Source of the DNA: Pelomyxa schiedti
Lineage: Eukaryota > Protista > Evosea
Assembly: GCA_020536535.1 (NCBI GenBank)
Contig: JAHLWZ010000822.1
Location: forward strand, 45,337-109,336
Reading direction: 5' to 3'
Length of the DNA stretch: 64,000 nucleotides
Positions within the stretch are counted from its first letter, which is position 1. Each line of letters opens with the position of its first letter. A model generated the notes under the pieces. The model made no database searches. It saw nothing but the letters and a program-made list of their open reading frames with translations, and was not told the origin of the DNA. The translations under genes and the position numbers were made by a program. This document shows positions 24,485 through 37,410 of this stretch, one piece after another.

Positions 24485-25965
24485 TCACAAATTACCGAAC
24501 TTGGCTTTGGCCCGCCGGCGTTCTGTCACCATTCCCATCATCTTGCTCCGATTTATTGGTGTGGTGGAACATTTGGCCCCCTGGTGCGATAGTCAATTAA
24601 TTCACCAGTTATTATTGAAGGGATGTTGAGGGGGGTCATACTGTGAGCCAGGGATGTTCCAGAGCTTGTTTTGCTGTAAGTCTTTGAGTAGGGTCCAAAA
24701 CAAGAAGAGAATCTATAAAATTTTTCGCTTCATCGGAAATTCCTGACCAGTACTATAGAAGTTTAACAAAAGCGTTAACATTGATAGAGCAGTATTACTT
24801 CCTCATGGTACTCATAATGACCATGCAAAATTTCCTCAAATACGATTGGTACAGAATCACCAAAGAATGGGGGATATCCGCACAATCTTTGTATGTTTAG
24901 TCTTACGTAATCCACATGTAGATAAGTTAAAGCTGGTGACTCACAAAATATAGGTGATAACGCCTGTGATAGTATTAGTGAAAATAGTATGTGTGCAGGA
25001 CCTACCAACTGACCACATGTCAACTGGTTTTCCATAACCAACAGCTTCTAAGATTTCTGGTGCTTTATTGTGAAGTCAGCGGTGGTCTTCGTTGTGTTGT
25101 AATACCAACATAGGACGGAGTGCCACAAGAAGTGTATAACAAACTATCATCTCCAGCAATCTTACTAAATCCAAAATCTGAAAAACAATTGTTCAAACTT
25201 AGTCCAACAAGAAAGAAAAGGTTGGGCCAAACCTGCTATTCGTACATCAAGGTCATCATCTTCCGATCTTAAGAGAAGATTTTCTGGCTAAATCCTTGTT
25301 ATGTAGGAAAAAATATAGGTGTTGGATGACCTTGAGATCTGAGAGAAGTGTGAGGAAGTTAGGTTATGAGTATGGAGAAAAGGAACCTCGATGTACAATA
25401 TTATTGTCATGTAGGTATTTAACAGCGTCGACCACTTTGCGAACAAGAGCAATAGCATCCTGTTCAGAATAACTTCCTTTCTGAACTATACGCTCAAAAA
25501 GTTCCCCTCCAGTCACCCTTCGTTGGGTAAGGCAAAGGATGTATGGAAAGGGGTAAGGGTTGCAGTACAAGTCTGTGACAAGATGAATTTTATCATGAGT
25601 TTCGGCAATATCTCTCAGTGAAATGATGTTTGGGTGGTGTAGGTTCTTCAAAATAGATACTTCGTTTTGCAATGTCTTGGAGTAGTCTCCCATAGCTTTT
25701 TTGTCTTGAAAAATATCATAGAGCTGTGTCAAAAGATAGCAGTGGGTGCGAGAGTCCTACCAACGATTTTTACAGCAACAGCCTCCCCTGTTTCTAAGGT
25801 CTCCGCCATCCACACAACAGAAAATGCACCTCTACCAACAGAACAAGAAAAAAGCGTAAGGAAAAAAGGCCAGACTAAGCAAGTGTATGTGCCTTTGTTA
25901 GAGAAATACCTGCCAAGAATCTTGCATAGCCTATACTTCGTCATAGGGTCGGGTGTTGCGGCCAT
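24485..25965 (-). CDS. CAMK-group Ser/Thr kinase (CaMK1/MLCK-A-like)
   Basis: [24 protein letters not shown], spliced [36 protein letters not shown]. Confidence 0.9.
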
Positions 25966-26448
25966 CTGCTAATACACTTTGGTTTAAATTAATTTATGTT
26001 GTTCGTTGCTGTTTTTGTTTTTTTGTTCTTCCGACCCATTTTACAAGCAGGGCATTGCAGTAATTACGGTGCCACACAAATCAAGACAGTTATTCATTCA
26101 GACATAATGGCCCAACACCGTTCTCCTTTTCTTGGGAAAGGAGGCGGGAAGGAAACTTGATGACAAGCTGGTCGGGACTTCTGAGAGACTCAACCACCCA
26201 AATTCAGCTTGTGCAGTTTTCTTCAGTTGAGTTTTTGTGAACCTCTTCATCATCAAGGACACGCTCGTCGTTGTTCTGATTTGCAACGAGTTGATGTGAC
26301 AACAATCAACTTCTGGTTTTTCCTCTCAAACTGGTGCCTGGGGAAAATTTTCACTTCCTATAAGGCGACTTCACCACGCACGGCAGGAAACCAAATTACT
26401 TTTAGTTACATACCATCCATCACAACCGATCGTCATCAAAATCGGCCC

Positions 26449-29400
26449 ATGGCTTCCAAGCCGTCTACGCCTGTGAAATTCCCACTCCTTTCAATCTTAT
26501 TTATTCCTTGATTGACAACTTCACTTTTTTTTCCCCCTCCCTCCTTCACTACGACAGAGACCTTCTAGGAGATCAAAGCCTGATGTCAACATCAGCGTGT
26601 TTAGCACATACCAATTTGTGGCGCAGTCTTTTTGTTCCAAGTGCTCAACAGGTAATTGTTGTCAATTTTCTGAATAACTTTTTTTGAGTGTGTGAATGCT
26701 GCTTCTTTTTTAACATTTTTGTTGTTGCTGTTTGGTTTTGATTCATAAACAGAGTTCCCTTTACTTGTGGATGGAAAAGTGGTGCATTTAGGACTGGCAG
26801 TTTCCTGTGATGGAATCACTTGTGAGTCACCATTATTGGGTTCTCCTATCACAAGAACAAGAAGCAATAGCCTTACTTTGAGTGCACCATCACTCCTGGC
26901 TGTGACTCCACCAATTGTGGCTGCCACTCCACCTCCTCCCTCACCTTCTCCTTCATTGAGGTCTTCTACATCATTTGGTGCTACTGTCACTCACTCAGAA
27001 TTCACGGTAGTGGTGGTAAGTGTGCTGGACCGTGATGGATTTTCACAGTTGCCTGAATGTGTTCACAACATCCTGTACGGTCCTCATGGGCACTCCATAA
27101 AGCGCAAGGTGGCAGTATGTCTGATTGATATTGACATGTTGAGTGCTTGGGCTTCAGGGGATATTGACACTGTGTGTTCTCGGTGTTTTTCTGCTGGTTT
27201 TGCTGGGCCTCCGCTACCGGGAACTGAAGGAACTAGTGCTGCAAGGAAATGGGATCCTATTAACAGAGAGGAGTTTATGTCCTTTATGAACAGTGAGGAT
27301 GGACAAAACTGTTGCCTCTTCCGTGCAATGGAAGTTGTTGACTCAGCAGGTGTAACTATTTTCTTTCATGATCTTGTGAGATTTTGTGTTCTGAATAAGA
27401 ACAAGTAAGTGTACCGTTTTCTATACTGTGGAGTTGTTTATGTTACATAGGAGATCATGGAAGAAGGCACTCCCACATCTTGATAAGAGTTCTCTTACAA
27501 CACTCCCCCAAAAATTTGGGGCAACAGCTAAAAAAAAAGGATTCACAGAGGAAATATATGAAATGGAAGATTCTCTCATCCACACTTGCGCACAAAAGTT
27601 CGTGCCACTTTCAGAACTCTTATTGTACTTCATTGGTATTTGTTTCAATATTCGCCTGTTGCTTATCGAAGACAGATCAAGACATTCTTCAAGACACCAA
27701 GTCATTCATTTACCTGATGTCACATTTCCCCCACGACTTCCCTAAGTGGAGAAGTTTCTTATCTCCGACATACAACTTCATATTGCCAGATTATTCTCAG
27801 GCAGCTTTGGAATTAGCTTCTCGTAGAAAAAAAAATGTTTCTTTTAACCATTTTGACTTACTCTTTCAGGGAGTGTTCCACCTTCTCCCACAGTGGATAC
27901 CTCTCTTTCCATGAGTTTCCTCATGTTAGCTACACCACCAAGTATTTCACAACCAATTTCAGCCAATGGCGTAAACTATTTTCCAGAAGTGATTCCATGC
28001 ACCTTGACTTCCATCGATTTGTCACATAATTTCTTAACCGAATTACCAGAAACATTTTTTAAGGAACTAAAGGCTCTCCAAAGGCTTAACTTATCATGTA
28101 ACATTCCCAATATTTCCATATGATTCACCTGCGAATTTCTAAAACAAAGGGAATACATTGAGGAGCCTTCCAGATTCCATAACATCTGCTTTTGAACTTC
28201 GCCTAGTTAATGTATCATGTTCATTTTACAAACAAAACCGTGTAAATTCCTTCAGGTGGAACATAATGATCTCACTTCTCTCCCTCAAATGATTGGTGAC
28301 TGCATGCAAATGGAACTGTTATGCGGTCATAACAGGGTCAGTGTCTCTCTTTTTAAGTCTAACTTAAAAAATCTTGTCAGCTTACTTCTATTCCGCACTC
28401 CCTTGTTGAACATATCCGGGCTAACAAAGTTCAATACCTACCAAATCCACTGAATGAAATGCCGCCATTTAAAACCAATGTTGAGTTGGCAGTCTTCCTG
28501 GAGGAGAGATGTCTTAAGGACTCAATGAGATGGCCCAAGGTGAAGATGGTCTTAGTTGGTCCCGTAAGCAACAGTGTTAGTCATTTTCTATTAAACGATA
28601 GTAGGAAAATGTGGGTAAAACTACTCTCCTAAAGAGATTCCAGAGGAAAGATCACGATGGAATGTCAACTGGTAATAGTACTTCTGATTCTTGTGTTTAT
28701 TTTTGGAATAGATGGCATTAATATCCAAGAATTACTCATCAAGGATGTGATATTCAACTGCTGGGGTAAGCATCTATCTTTATTGCTGTTGAATATTGTT
28801 CTGATCATTTTTTAGATTTTGGAGGACAGGTAAGAAGCCTCTCTCTTCCATATTATTTGATACCATCTTAATATATTTCTTATGAGTAGGCAGTTTTTCT
28901 ACCCACGCATCAAGTATTCTCGGTTTTGAATGTGTTGTCAACTAACTATGTAAAGTTTTTTTTAACTGGAAGAGCTCTGTACCTTGTACTTTTTGATACT
29001 GCCAATCCAAATTCTCATCGCATAGAGTATTGGCTAAGGTATTGAGGTCTTTTTAGAACTTAGTTTAACTGACTTTTAAGACAAATTGTTAAGACTGTAA
29101 GAACACCCCCTTATCCCCCAATCATTCTTGTGGGCACTCGAGCTGATAAATTGCCCTCAATGGAACGAGCACATGAGCTGTGCAATTCCCTTTTAGCTCA
29201 GTTTAAGTGTGTTGTCCAACCTGGCCAGGTTGTTGGGTGCATCCCAGTCTGTGCTAAGGATGGTGACCTATCCGAATTACTCAACTGCATTATTTACACA
29301 GTTCATGCAAAACACTCTGTTCTAAAAGAGAGGGTATGCAAGGCTTGCACCTTATTTCTTTTAAATTGCGTAGGTTCCAGGTAGTTGGGTTGTGCTCGAT

Positions 29401-32400
29401 AGAGTTCTCGCAGAAAAAAGAAAAACAACTCAAGTGATGCATTGGGATGAGTTTAACACCGTCTGCAAGGATGTTAAAGTTCTTCCTGAAGAGATACTCA
29501 CAGTATTCCAAAAGTAAACGAGTCCTGTAAATAACTGCAATGTAGGCTACCAGATTTCTACATGGAGTGGGTTCCCTGTTGCACTTTGAAACTACTAATT
29601 CCAAACTTGGTGAGATAGTTATTCTTGACCCGGAATTTCTGGCTGGTTTGTGGTGGTTATTCGACCTCCAATTTACCTAAAAATCCACAGGTGTGATGTC
29701 AACAATTGTCACATTTAAGACGACGATGATAAACCAAGGTTGTTTATCCAAGGAAGCATTGTTACAGATATGGCATGCTTACAGCCCAGATGACCACCCG
29801 CACTTAATAGACTTGCTACACATGTTTCTTATCATGATGCCTTTTAAAATGCCTGATGGACGAGAAGGCTACCTGGTCCCATGGTATGCAGGAATTATGT
29901 AAAACTTGCTGATACATACCCATACCTAGTGTTTTACCCGAGCAAGAACCTCCAGAAGCTAATGAAATTTGGGGAGACAAGGCTTTGGACTCTCACTATG
30001 AATATGGTTTTTTCACCTCTACAATCCTTTTGGTTTTTAAAAAAAACCAACAGAAAGGACTTTCATTTTTGGCAGTCTTCCCATTGGCCTATTCGGGAGA
30101 ATACTGCTTCAAATTCTGCACATGAAAACTCTCATCCGAAAAGCAATCTGGCGTGACAATGCCCGAGTAGAAGCAATGCCTCCTTGTGGTATGGATCATC
30201 AAGGATACGGTAGTATCTAAAACAAACAAATAAAGACTCCCGAGCACAATTTGGCTATGTAACCTTTGATTGCACGTGCGGGTTCACTCCATACCTGAGA
30301 GTGAGTGTCAGAGCACCAAAGGAAGCAGTTTGTGCCTTCGATTCCAGAAACAAAATAACACCCAAAAAGAAACCATGGCTCCTCACACAGCTAATGGATA
30401 GTGTGCAAACAACTCTAGATTGCTTTTATGGGTATGAGGGCAATATTTAATCTGGCACTAAATTTCCCAAGAGTGCATCAATTGAATATGCAAAGGTTAA
30501 TTACCTGCAACCATTGTCCCCCACCCGTTTCTCCCTCGATTCCCCTTCCTCACCAGTTTTCCTATGATGACATTGCTGTAGCCATTTCCAAGAAGACAAC
30601 GTTACTCTGCCCTGTATTGACGTTTATCTCCGAACTTTTTTCCTTAATCGCGGTGCGTCTAGGTTGAAAATAAAGAGATCCAGCTGTGTGCACTAGTTCC
30701 GGAGTTAATTGTATCTACAAATCTTACAATTACAGCAGAAGAAATATCTGATGTCGTTCCGATAGCAGAAGGTTTTTCCACTATTTTCCATCAATTCTAA
30801 TGCACGTGGAACAGGTGGCTATGGAAAAATATATAAAGGTAGAGTTTCATTACAACAGAAGATTATGACGAAAGTACAGGGCAACTGGATAACAGAGTTG
30901 TTGTTCTGAAGGAATTGAAACTCTCATCTGCAGAACAAACAGCAGAAAAATTTTCAGAATTTCACCAGGAAGCAACAATCATGAGGTGAGCCAACCCCGA
31001 ACTTTTTATTATCAACATTTTATTATGCAGCATGTTGGATAGTCCTTACATCGTTCGCCTGTATGGAGTTTGCATGTCCCCGTTGATAATGGTCATGGAA
31101 TATGTTCCTCTTGGGGACTTATACAAACTCATCCATACTGTGCAAGGCGCTGAGAGTGATGACCACAAGATTCAAAGGTCTTTTAGCAAACCGGAGTTAG
31201 TCAGAGAACATAGACATCGGACATCTGTTGCAAGTGGGACTACTAGCCACAGATGGCAGAACACTGAACTGCCTGAGAGCAGCAGTGCAGGTGCTTGGAG
31301 CGGAGGAAGTAGCAGTGGTAGTAGTGCAAAAAAAGATGAGGAATACCGGTCAACACTGGTAAATTCTCACTCTTCTTCTAATGCCCTGCATGGACTTCCA
31401 GAAGGAGAACAAGCTTTCGAAACTCCAATGAGGTTTCTTTCTTCTTACTTACCAGAGTCCTAATCAATGTCGAACCAAAAAGCTGGAGGATGAAACTTCT
31501 CATCGCACTTGATGTTGCCCGTGGATTGCAATATTTACACAGTCTTCACCCTCCAGTTGTCCATCGGTTGACAAAATTCTCTTTTCCGTTTCTCACAGTT
31601 TTCTACACAGGGATCTCCGCAGTGCCAATATTTTTGTATGCCTTTTTTAACTATATAAACAACCTTGCCTTAACCCCTTTCTTAGATACAAACACTAGAT
31701 ACTGAGGCGCCAGTCAGAGCGAAACTTGCTGATTGTAAGTACTTTATTTTATATTTTTTTTGTCTAGTACAACGAGAAACCAATACTCTAGTTGGTCTCA
31801 GTATTAAAGCTGCAGGAAAGGTAGCTGGAAAACTGCGATCCTGGCAGGTTAGTATCGTAGTTCTTTTTTGTTTACATTTATCTGCTCCAGTGGTTAGCTC
31901 CTGAAATTCTGGATACCAGAATAGAAACCTATGACGAACAATCTGATATCTTTAGTTTTGCGGTACAACACAATAAACAGCCTGTTGCTTACCCTTTCCA
32001 GATACTACTGTTTGAAATCATTTGTCGGCAGCACCCATATGATGGTATTTCTTATGTGAAGGTCAGGTCAGTAGCATTCTAACCGAACAAAAAGAGTATT
32101 TTTCTCAGTACTCGATCGTCACCCGCCATTCCACAATGGAATGGAGGGATGCAAATATGAAGGTGGCCATTTCTCAGGAAAATCTTCGACCTACAATCCC
32201 TCGAACAGTTCCACGGTCCAATTTCGATATCGAGATTTTTGGTAACAAACAAAAAGTAAAGTGAGACATTTGATACAAAGATGCTGGAGAACCGCACCCA
32301 ATACAAGACCCACAGCTGGCGAGGTAGTGAGCAAACTTGAAGAAATATTAGGAATCACTCATATGTCCGAACAAGACAGTATTGCCGAGAGCGTGCCAAG

Positions 32401-33803
32401 TATGTACATTCTTATGCCGGCTACCTTTCACGTGTAATAGAAGAACTTCCGGAACCAACATGTTGTTGGAACGTTCCTCTTGATGCCAAGATTTGGAGTT
32501 TTTCTTCTCTGGAAGCCACGGAGACCCACTCCTGGGTATTCTTTTTGAACTATGTTCTCACCTGACTATTTTATAGGTAGGTTGTGCTGACGGTACCGCC
32601 CGACGCATCGATTGGAGTTCTGGCACCTTTGACCTTAAGGTGGTTGCCCATGAGAGGAAAACCAGGATCCATGGGTTACTTATTACCAACGGTGAGTTGT
32701 GGGTGAGTTCCGACTTTGGAGCTATTTCGATTGTCAATTTGAAGGTAAGGAAATAACTCACGGATTTTCCAATTGATTTCTTTAAGACTATGAACTCGCC
32801 TCGACTTCTTCATGCCCATGGGGAGAAACACAGCATATCTTGCCTCATTGTTGTCAATCACCGGAAATTACCTTCCACAGTGTGGAGTGCATCTTCAACC
32901 GAATCCGCTATTGTGGAAATTGATCCCAATGTAAGAGACTTGGTTTACACATTAACTCTTTCATGGAGTAGGAAAAAGAAGTTACCAACAGAGTATACTT
33001 TGACGCAGGCTTAGTAATAAACTCCATGGTGCAGTGTGGGAAGTTTGTTTGGGTTGCCTGCACCAAACGCATACTGATTCTGGATTCTACTAGCATGGCT
33101 ACCCATAGAGTTCTATCCAGACGTGTGTTTGTTTCCTGATGTTTGTCTTGTTCATTTCAGTAGTCCCAGTGATGGGTCGCTATTCTTGTGCTACTGTCAT
33201 TTCAAAAAGAGTATGGCTGGTAGCACAGGATAAAATATGTATTTTTGATTCTACGCACTTGGTAGCTTTTTCCAGCTTTGTATCATTTAATTTTATTTAT
33301 TCACAAACAGAACTGTGTAGCAACTCTAAGTGGACATGAACATGATGTAACTGCTCTCTGCCCTTGTTCCGGGTACCTCCACATCATTATCTTATTTTCT
33401 TCCATTTACCAAGAGTCTTTTAGGGCAGTTGTTTCTGCTGACTCGGAAGGAGCGATATTTATCTGGGACCCACATACGTACATGTCCCTCAGAAAAGTCA
33501 CACTACCCAACGCTTGCTTCATCAATGCCTTACACACATGTAATGAAAGGTATTTTCCAAATTTACATAATGTACACAGCTCAAATGTTCCCACAGAAGC
33601 TTCATGCTATCCACTGTCCACCCTGACTCGGCAGTCATACAATTTTCTTTCTAAACAGTAACGCCTTTCTACTAAACGAGCTGATCACTAACACCACAAA
33701 GATTTTGTCAAGAGGGAGCACCTTCATTGTTGACTTCCTCCTTTTTTTTGGTATTCCAGGCTAAAATCGAAAATAATAAAAAGCACCAGCAATGTATATT
33801 TTG
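26449..33803 (+). CDS. Roco protein: N-terminal domain, LRR, Roc GTPase, COR, TKL kinase, WD40-like propeller (LRRK2-like)
   Basis: LRRs (LTSIDLSHNFLTELP); spliced GPENVGKT, STDGI, WDFGGQ..FYPTHQFFL, VGTRADK; COR FLHGVGSLLHF..ILDPEFL; kinase HRDLRSANI, DFGLS, WLAPE. End coordinates approximate. Confidence 0.9.
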
Positions 33804-33842
33804 AGCACTGTTCTTTTTTTTTGTTGTGGAAAATACTGCCAC

Positions 33843-36800
33843 TCATTCTATTCCTCTCTTGCCCTCCAATGACTGAGACCACTCTAGCAGTTCCACAGAA
33901 GCAAGATATGTATTTTGACAGTAATGAAGGTAGTGGAGTCCCTCACGGCCCGAGAAAGAGACAAGCCATTCTATCCAGCCTTTGTTGCCGCACACAAAGG
34001 CGTTTATAAATGTCGAGCGTAGTAGGACATTCCTGGGCCCTGTGGGGCAATCACGCATGAAGTTCCTGGCAAGCCGCAGTGTGTAGTCTGAGAGGTTTAC
34101 TTTGGAGGAACAGAGTTTCCAGCACTCCTTCAGGTCGGCCTGGCCCAGAATGCACTGGCTGGAAATGTAGAGTCCGCAGCTGTGTAGCTTGTGCGTGATT
34201 GTGAGGCCTAAAATGGTGGTGATGGGGCACGGGGGTAAAGCTTTGGTGATAAGTGCTATCAAAGGGAAGAATACTTCAGCAAGGGAAAGAAGTGTAAGAG
34301 GAGTTTCGGCTTCTCCCAGAGCAGAAGGAAGGAGTAGTGTTTTGGGCAAAACGAGGGTCCATAATGTATGTGACAATGACAGCACATGCTGTGGATTCTT
34401 GTTCAAAAAAACTGCGACAGATCCATGAGGTGCGGCACAGCCAGGAGTCCAAGAAAAAATGTTCTGAGCACATGCATAATATACCCTTCTGGTTTTGGGT
34501 GCAATGGCACTACAAGTGATCTAAACGGTATTAGGGCTAAGAGGAAACCAGAAATGTATGACCCCATCCCAGCTGGACATGGAATACAGAGCACGCCAAT
34601 TGATCGTGTCCCACAGTTCGAGAATATTTGAAGCCCAGATTATAAGTAGATTATCCATTTGATTGCAACCTGCAGGATACCCCTCCTTCTGTGTACAACG
34701 TTGTAGTTAGACACAAAAGTAAGGGAATGCAAGGAAAAATAACCGGAATGTCCCAGTGGAAGGGTGCTATTTTTAGCTGAATCTTGATAGTAGGGTTCCC
34801 CATTTTTCCTACAGTTCTGAATCCACACAGAAATGAAACTTCATCTGGACCATAAACACAGTATGGAGCAGGGCAAGGAAAATTAAACAGTTTGTCTGTA
34901 TCCAGTATCTGCAACGGTTCTGTAGTTTTCAAGTTCCAGAAAGTAATTTGCGAGCTCCCAACAGAAATAAGGATATCATCTTTCCTTGGCAACAATTGCG
35001 TTACCTTTTTGAAGGTAAGACTTGGTTTGTATTTTCTTTCTTGTGTAAAACCTCTTGGGTTTGTCGAAAAGATTTCAACTGGGTCCCATTCAAAATGTTC
35101 CAGAGGACAATACTTCCAGTATGCATTCCAGTTGCAAGGATATTTGACTCCAAGCAGGCCCAGCACAGCAGCACCTTAAAACGAACAAACTACGGAAGAC
35201 AAACCAACAAAACAGCCTACGTACATTTTCCATACAGTCCATTTGACGCACAACTGCCCCAGACACGACATCGAACGCCGCAATCAACCTGCACGAAGCG
35301 GCAACGGCGAGTGTCCCTTCAACCGACACCCCCATGCATCGCTTCACGGCCGCGCGCAGGCGCAGCTCCCAGCCGCAGTCGCTGGCCGCGCCGCCACCAT
35401 TATGGGGCAGCCTCCACGCTCTGACCGTGCCCGCTTCTGTGCCGCACATGAGCACCTCCCCACATCCAGAGAACTCGGCCACGCGCAGACATGTCACCTT
35501 GGTGCCGACGTGTGAGCAACAGAGCCTCTCACACACAACGACGCGTTGCGTTTGTACGCACTTTTAATTACATTTCAAAAGGGTTTTTTCTTAGGGTTGC
35601 TTGTGTTTTTGTGTGGGAGTACCGGGGACGAAGTGTGCAGGATGAGCGATGTCTGCATTTTGGTGTGGGAGTTGAATTCAGGGTTGTGCGTGTGGCTGGC
35701 ATGTTGTGGGCTGTTTGTTGCAAATGGTGACTTGTTGTTGTTTCGTGGGAGACTGCTCTGCCTGTGGGGAGGAGGGTTAGTGCAAAAAAAAGCAAGTATG
35801 GGGGGAGTTGGATTTACCTCTTGTTCAAGCTGGGAGCCAGGAGCCTCACTAGTGGTAGTACCTTCTTCTCTGTGGGGGCCCTCAGTGGCAACTGCGCTGG
35901 TCACACAATTCGGGCCCAGGACGGAGGCTGGTGATGCTTGATTACCGGGCGAAGGGCTTGCACTGCTGGAGTCTACAGAGCCTGGCGAGGTTTCTGGTGA
36001 CATTTGTGCCCCACGTGGCTGCCGTGGCTGCGCGCGAAGCGGTATGGGTTCCTGCATTGCGGCGTAGGTTGGTGAAAGTCCAGTGGCTGCTGCCACAAGA
36101 TAATGCATGGGTGCAGTGACTGGTGAGTGTGGATCATTTGTTGGGCCAAATGCATGATTGGGAGTATTTTGCCTGTAATTATTGTATGGCGAACACGTCT
36201 GTCTTGCGGACAAGCCTGGCATATAGACATTTCCTTCTGGTGTGAGGTGACACATTTGCGGGGCGGAAGTAGGTGGAGGCGGAGGCACTGTTGTTAATTG
36301 ACAGTTCTTTGGGTTGGGGGCAAGTGGAGTTGTGGGTGTACCAGTTGTATTTTGGACGACATGTGGTTCCTTTTGATGGCGGGGAGTAGACTCCTTTGGA
36401 GTACGAGGTTGGGAAGGAGCAGTACACTTGTGGCCGCGTTTTAATTGTAAACACTGAGATAAAATTTAACTGTGGAAGATGAGGATCGATTTCATACCTT
36501 GCTGCATCTATACGACCCACGAGGCTTCTTTGGTGGCTTTTCTGATTGGACCTCACCACTTGGAGGCCGCACTCTTGAACCTTTTGTATCTGCACTTGCG
36601 CTTGAAGTTTGGGGTGGGGGTGTGTTGGTCACTGTTTGTTGTTGACTTGGTGAAGAAACTTGAGGTTGGCGGATGTGTAGAACTGTACTTGGGGCTGGGA
36701 TAATAGGAATACTAGGAGCAGTGGCCTGAGAGATACCGCTGTACGACGGCTGAAAAGGAGAAAACAGTCTGTATCCGTGGAATGGAAACTGACTTAGCTG

Positions 36801-37245
36801 TTGTTGAATCCTTTGGTCGTTGAGTTGCGGCTGCTGTTTTCTACGCTGCAAAAGGGCCTGTTGCTGCTGCAGAGCCGCAATGTACTGGCTTTGTTGCAAA
36901 TTCAGACTCGCCTGCTGCTGTGGGGTAATTTCCAGCAATGGCAGCAGTGGAACAGGCGACGTGGGAGACGACGGCTCAGAAACTGGAGCAGGGCCTTGTG
37001 TGATCACATTGTTTACCGAGTTTCTTGAAGAAGTGGACTGTGCTTGTGTCTCCACGTTCTCCTGCGACTCTAGCGACGTCCTTGGAGATGCAGTACTTTG
37101 CTGATCTTTTGTTGTGCTTTGCTTCGACTACGTACGGGCGTTATATGTTAGTTTCGAGATCCAAGTAAAAAATGTGAAAACGTATTTTGCTGGTGTTTGG
37201 TTTTGCCTTTCGAGATTCAAGCGAAAGTGCGACACTCACCTCCAT
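33843..37245 (-). CDS. Multidomain protein: Gln/Pro-rich region, CCHC-type zinc finger, WD40-like repeats, lineage-specific helical domain
   Basis: ATGGAG|GTGAGT first exon; spliced RGSYRCSK CLQLKRGHKC; an intron at ~35561-35622 joins ORF 35575-36288 in frame to WD-like ORFs (GTVRAWRL, ITFWNL, LELWDT). Confidence 0.6.
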
Positions 37246-37410
37246 TTTGCTACCTTGACGCGTGGTTTTTTTATTTTTGGTTTTTGGTTTTCCCTCCTTT
37301 TTTTGTTTCAATTTCTTTTCCCGGTGAATCATTGTGACATAGCAAAAAAAGGGGAGAAAAAAAGCGGGTAAACGACTTTTTATTTTTGAAGCAGTGACCC
37401 GGCGCCCTGA

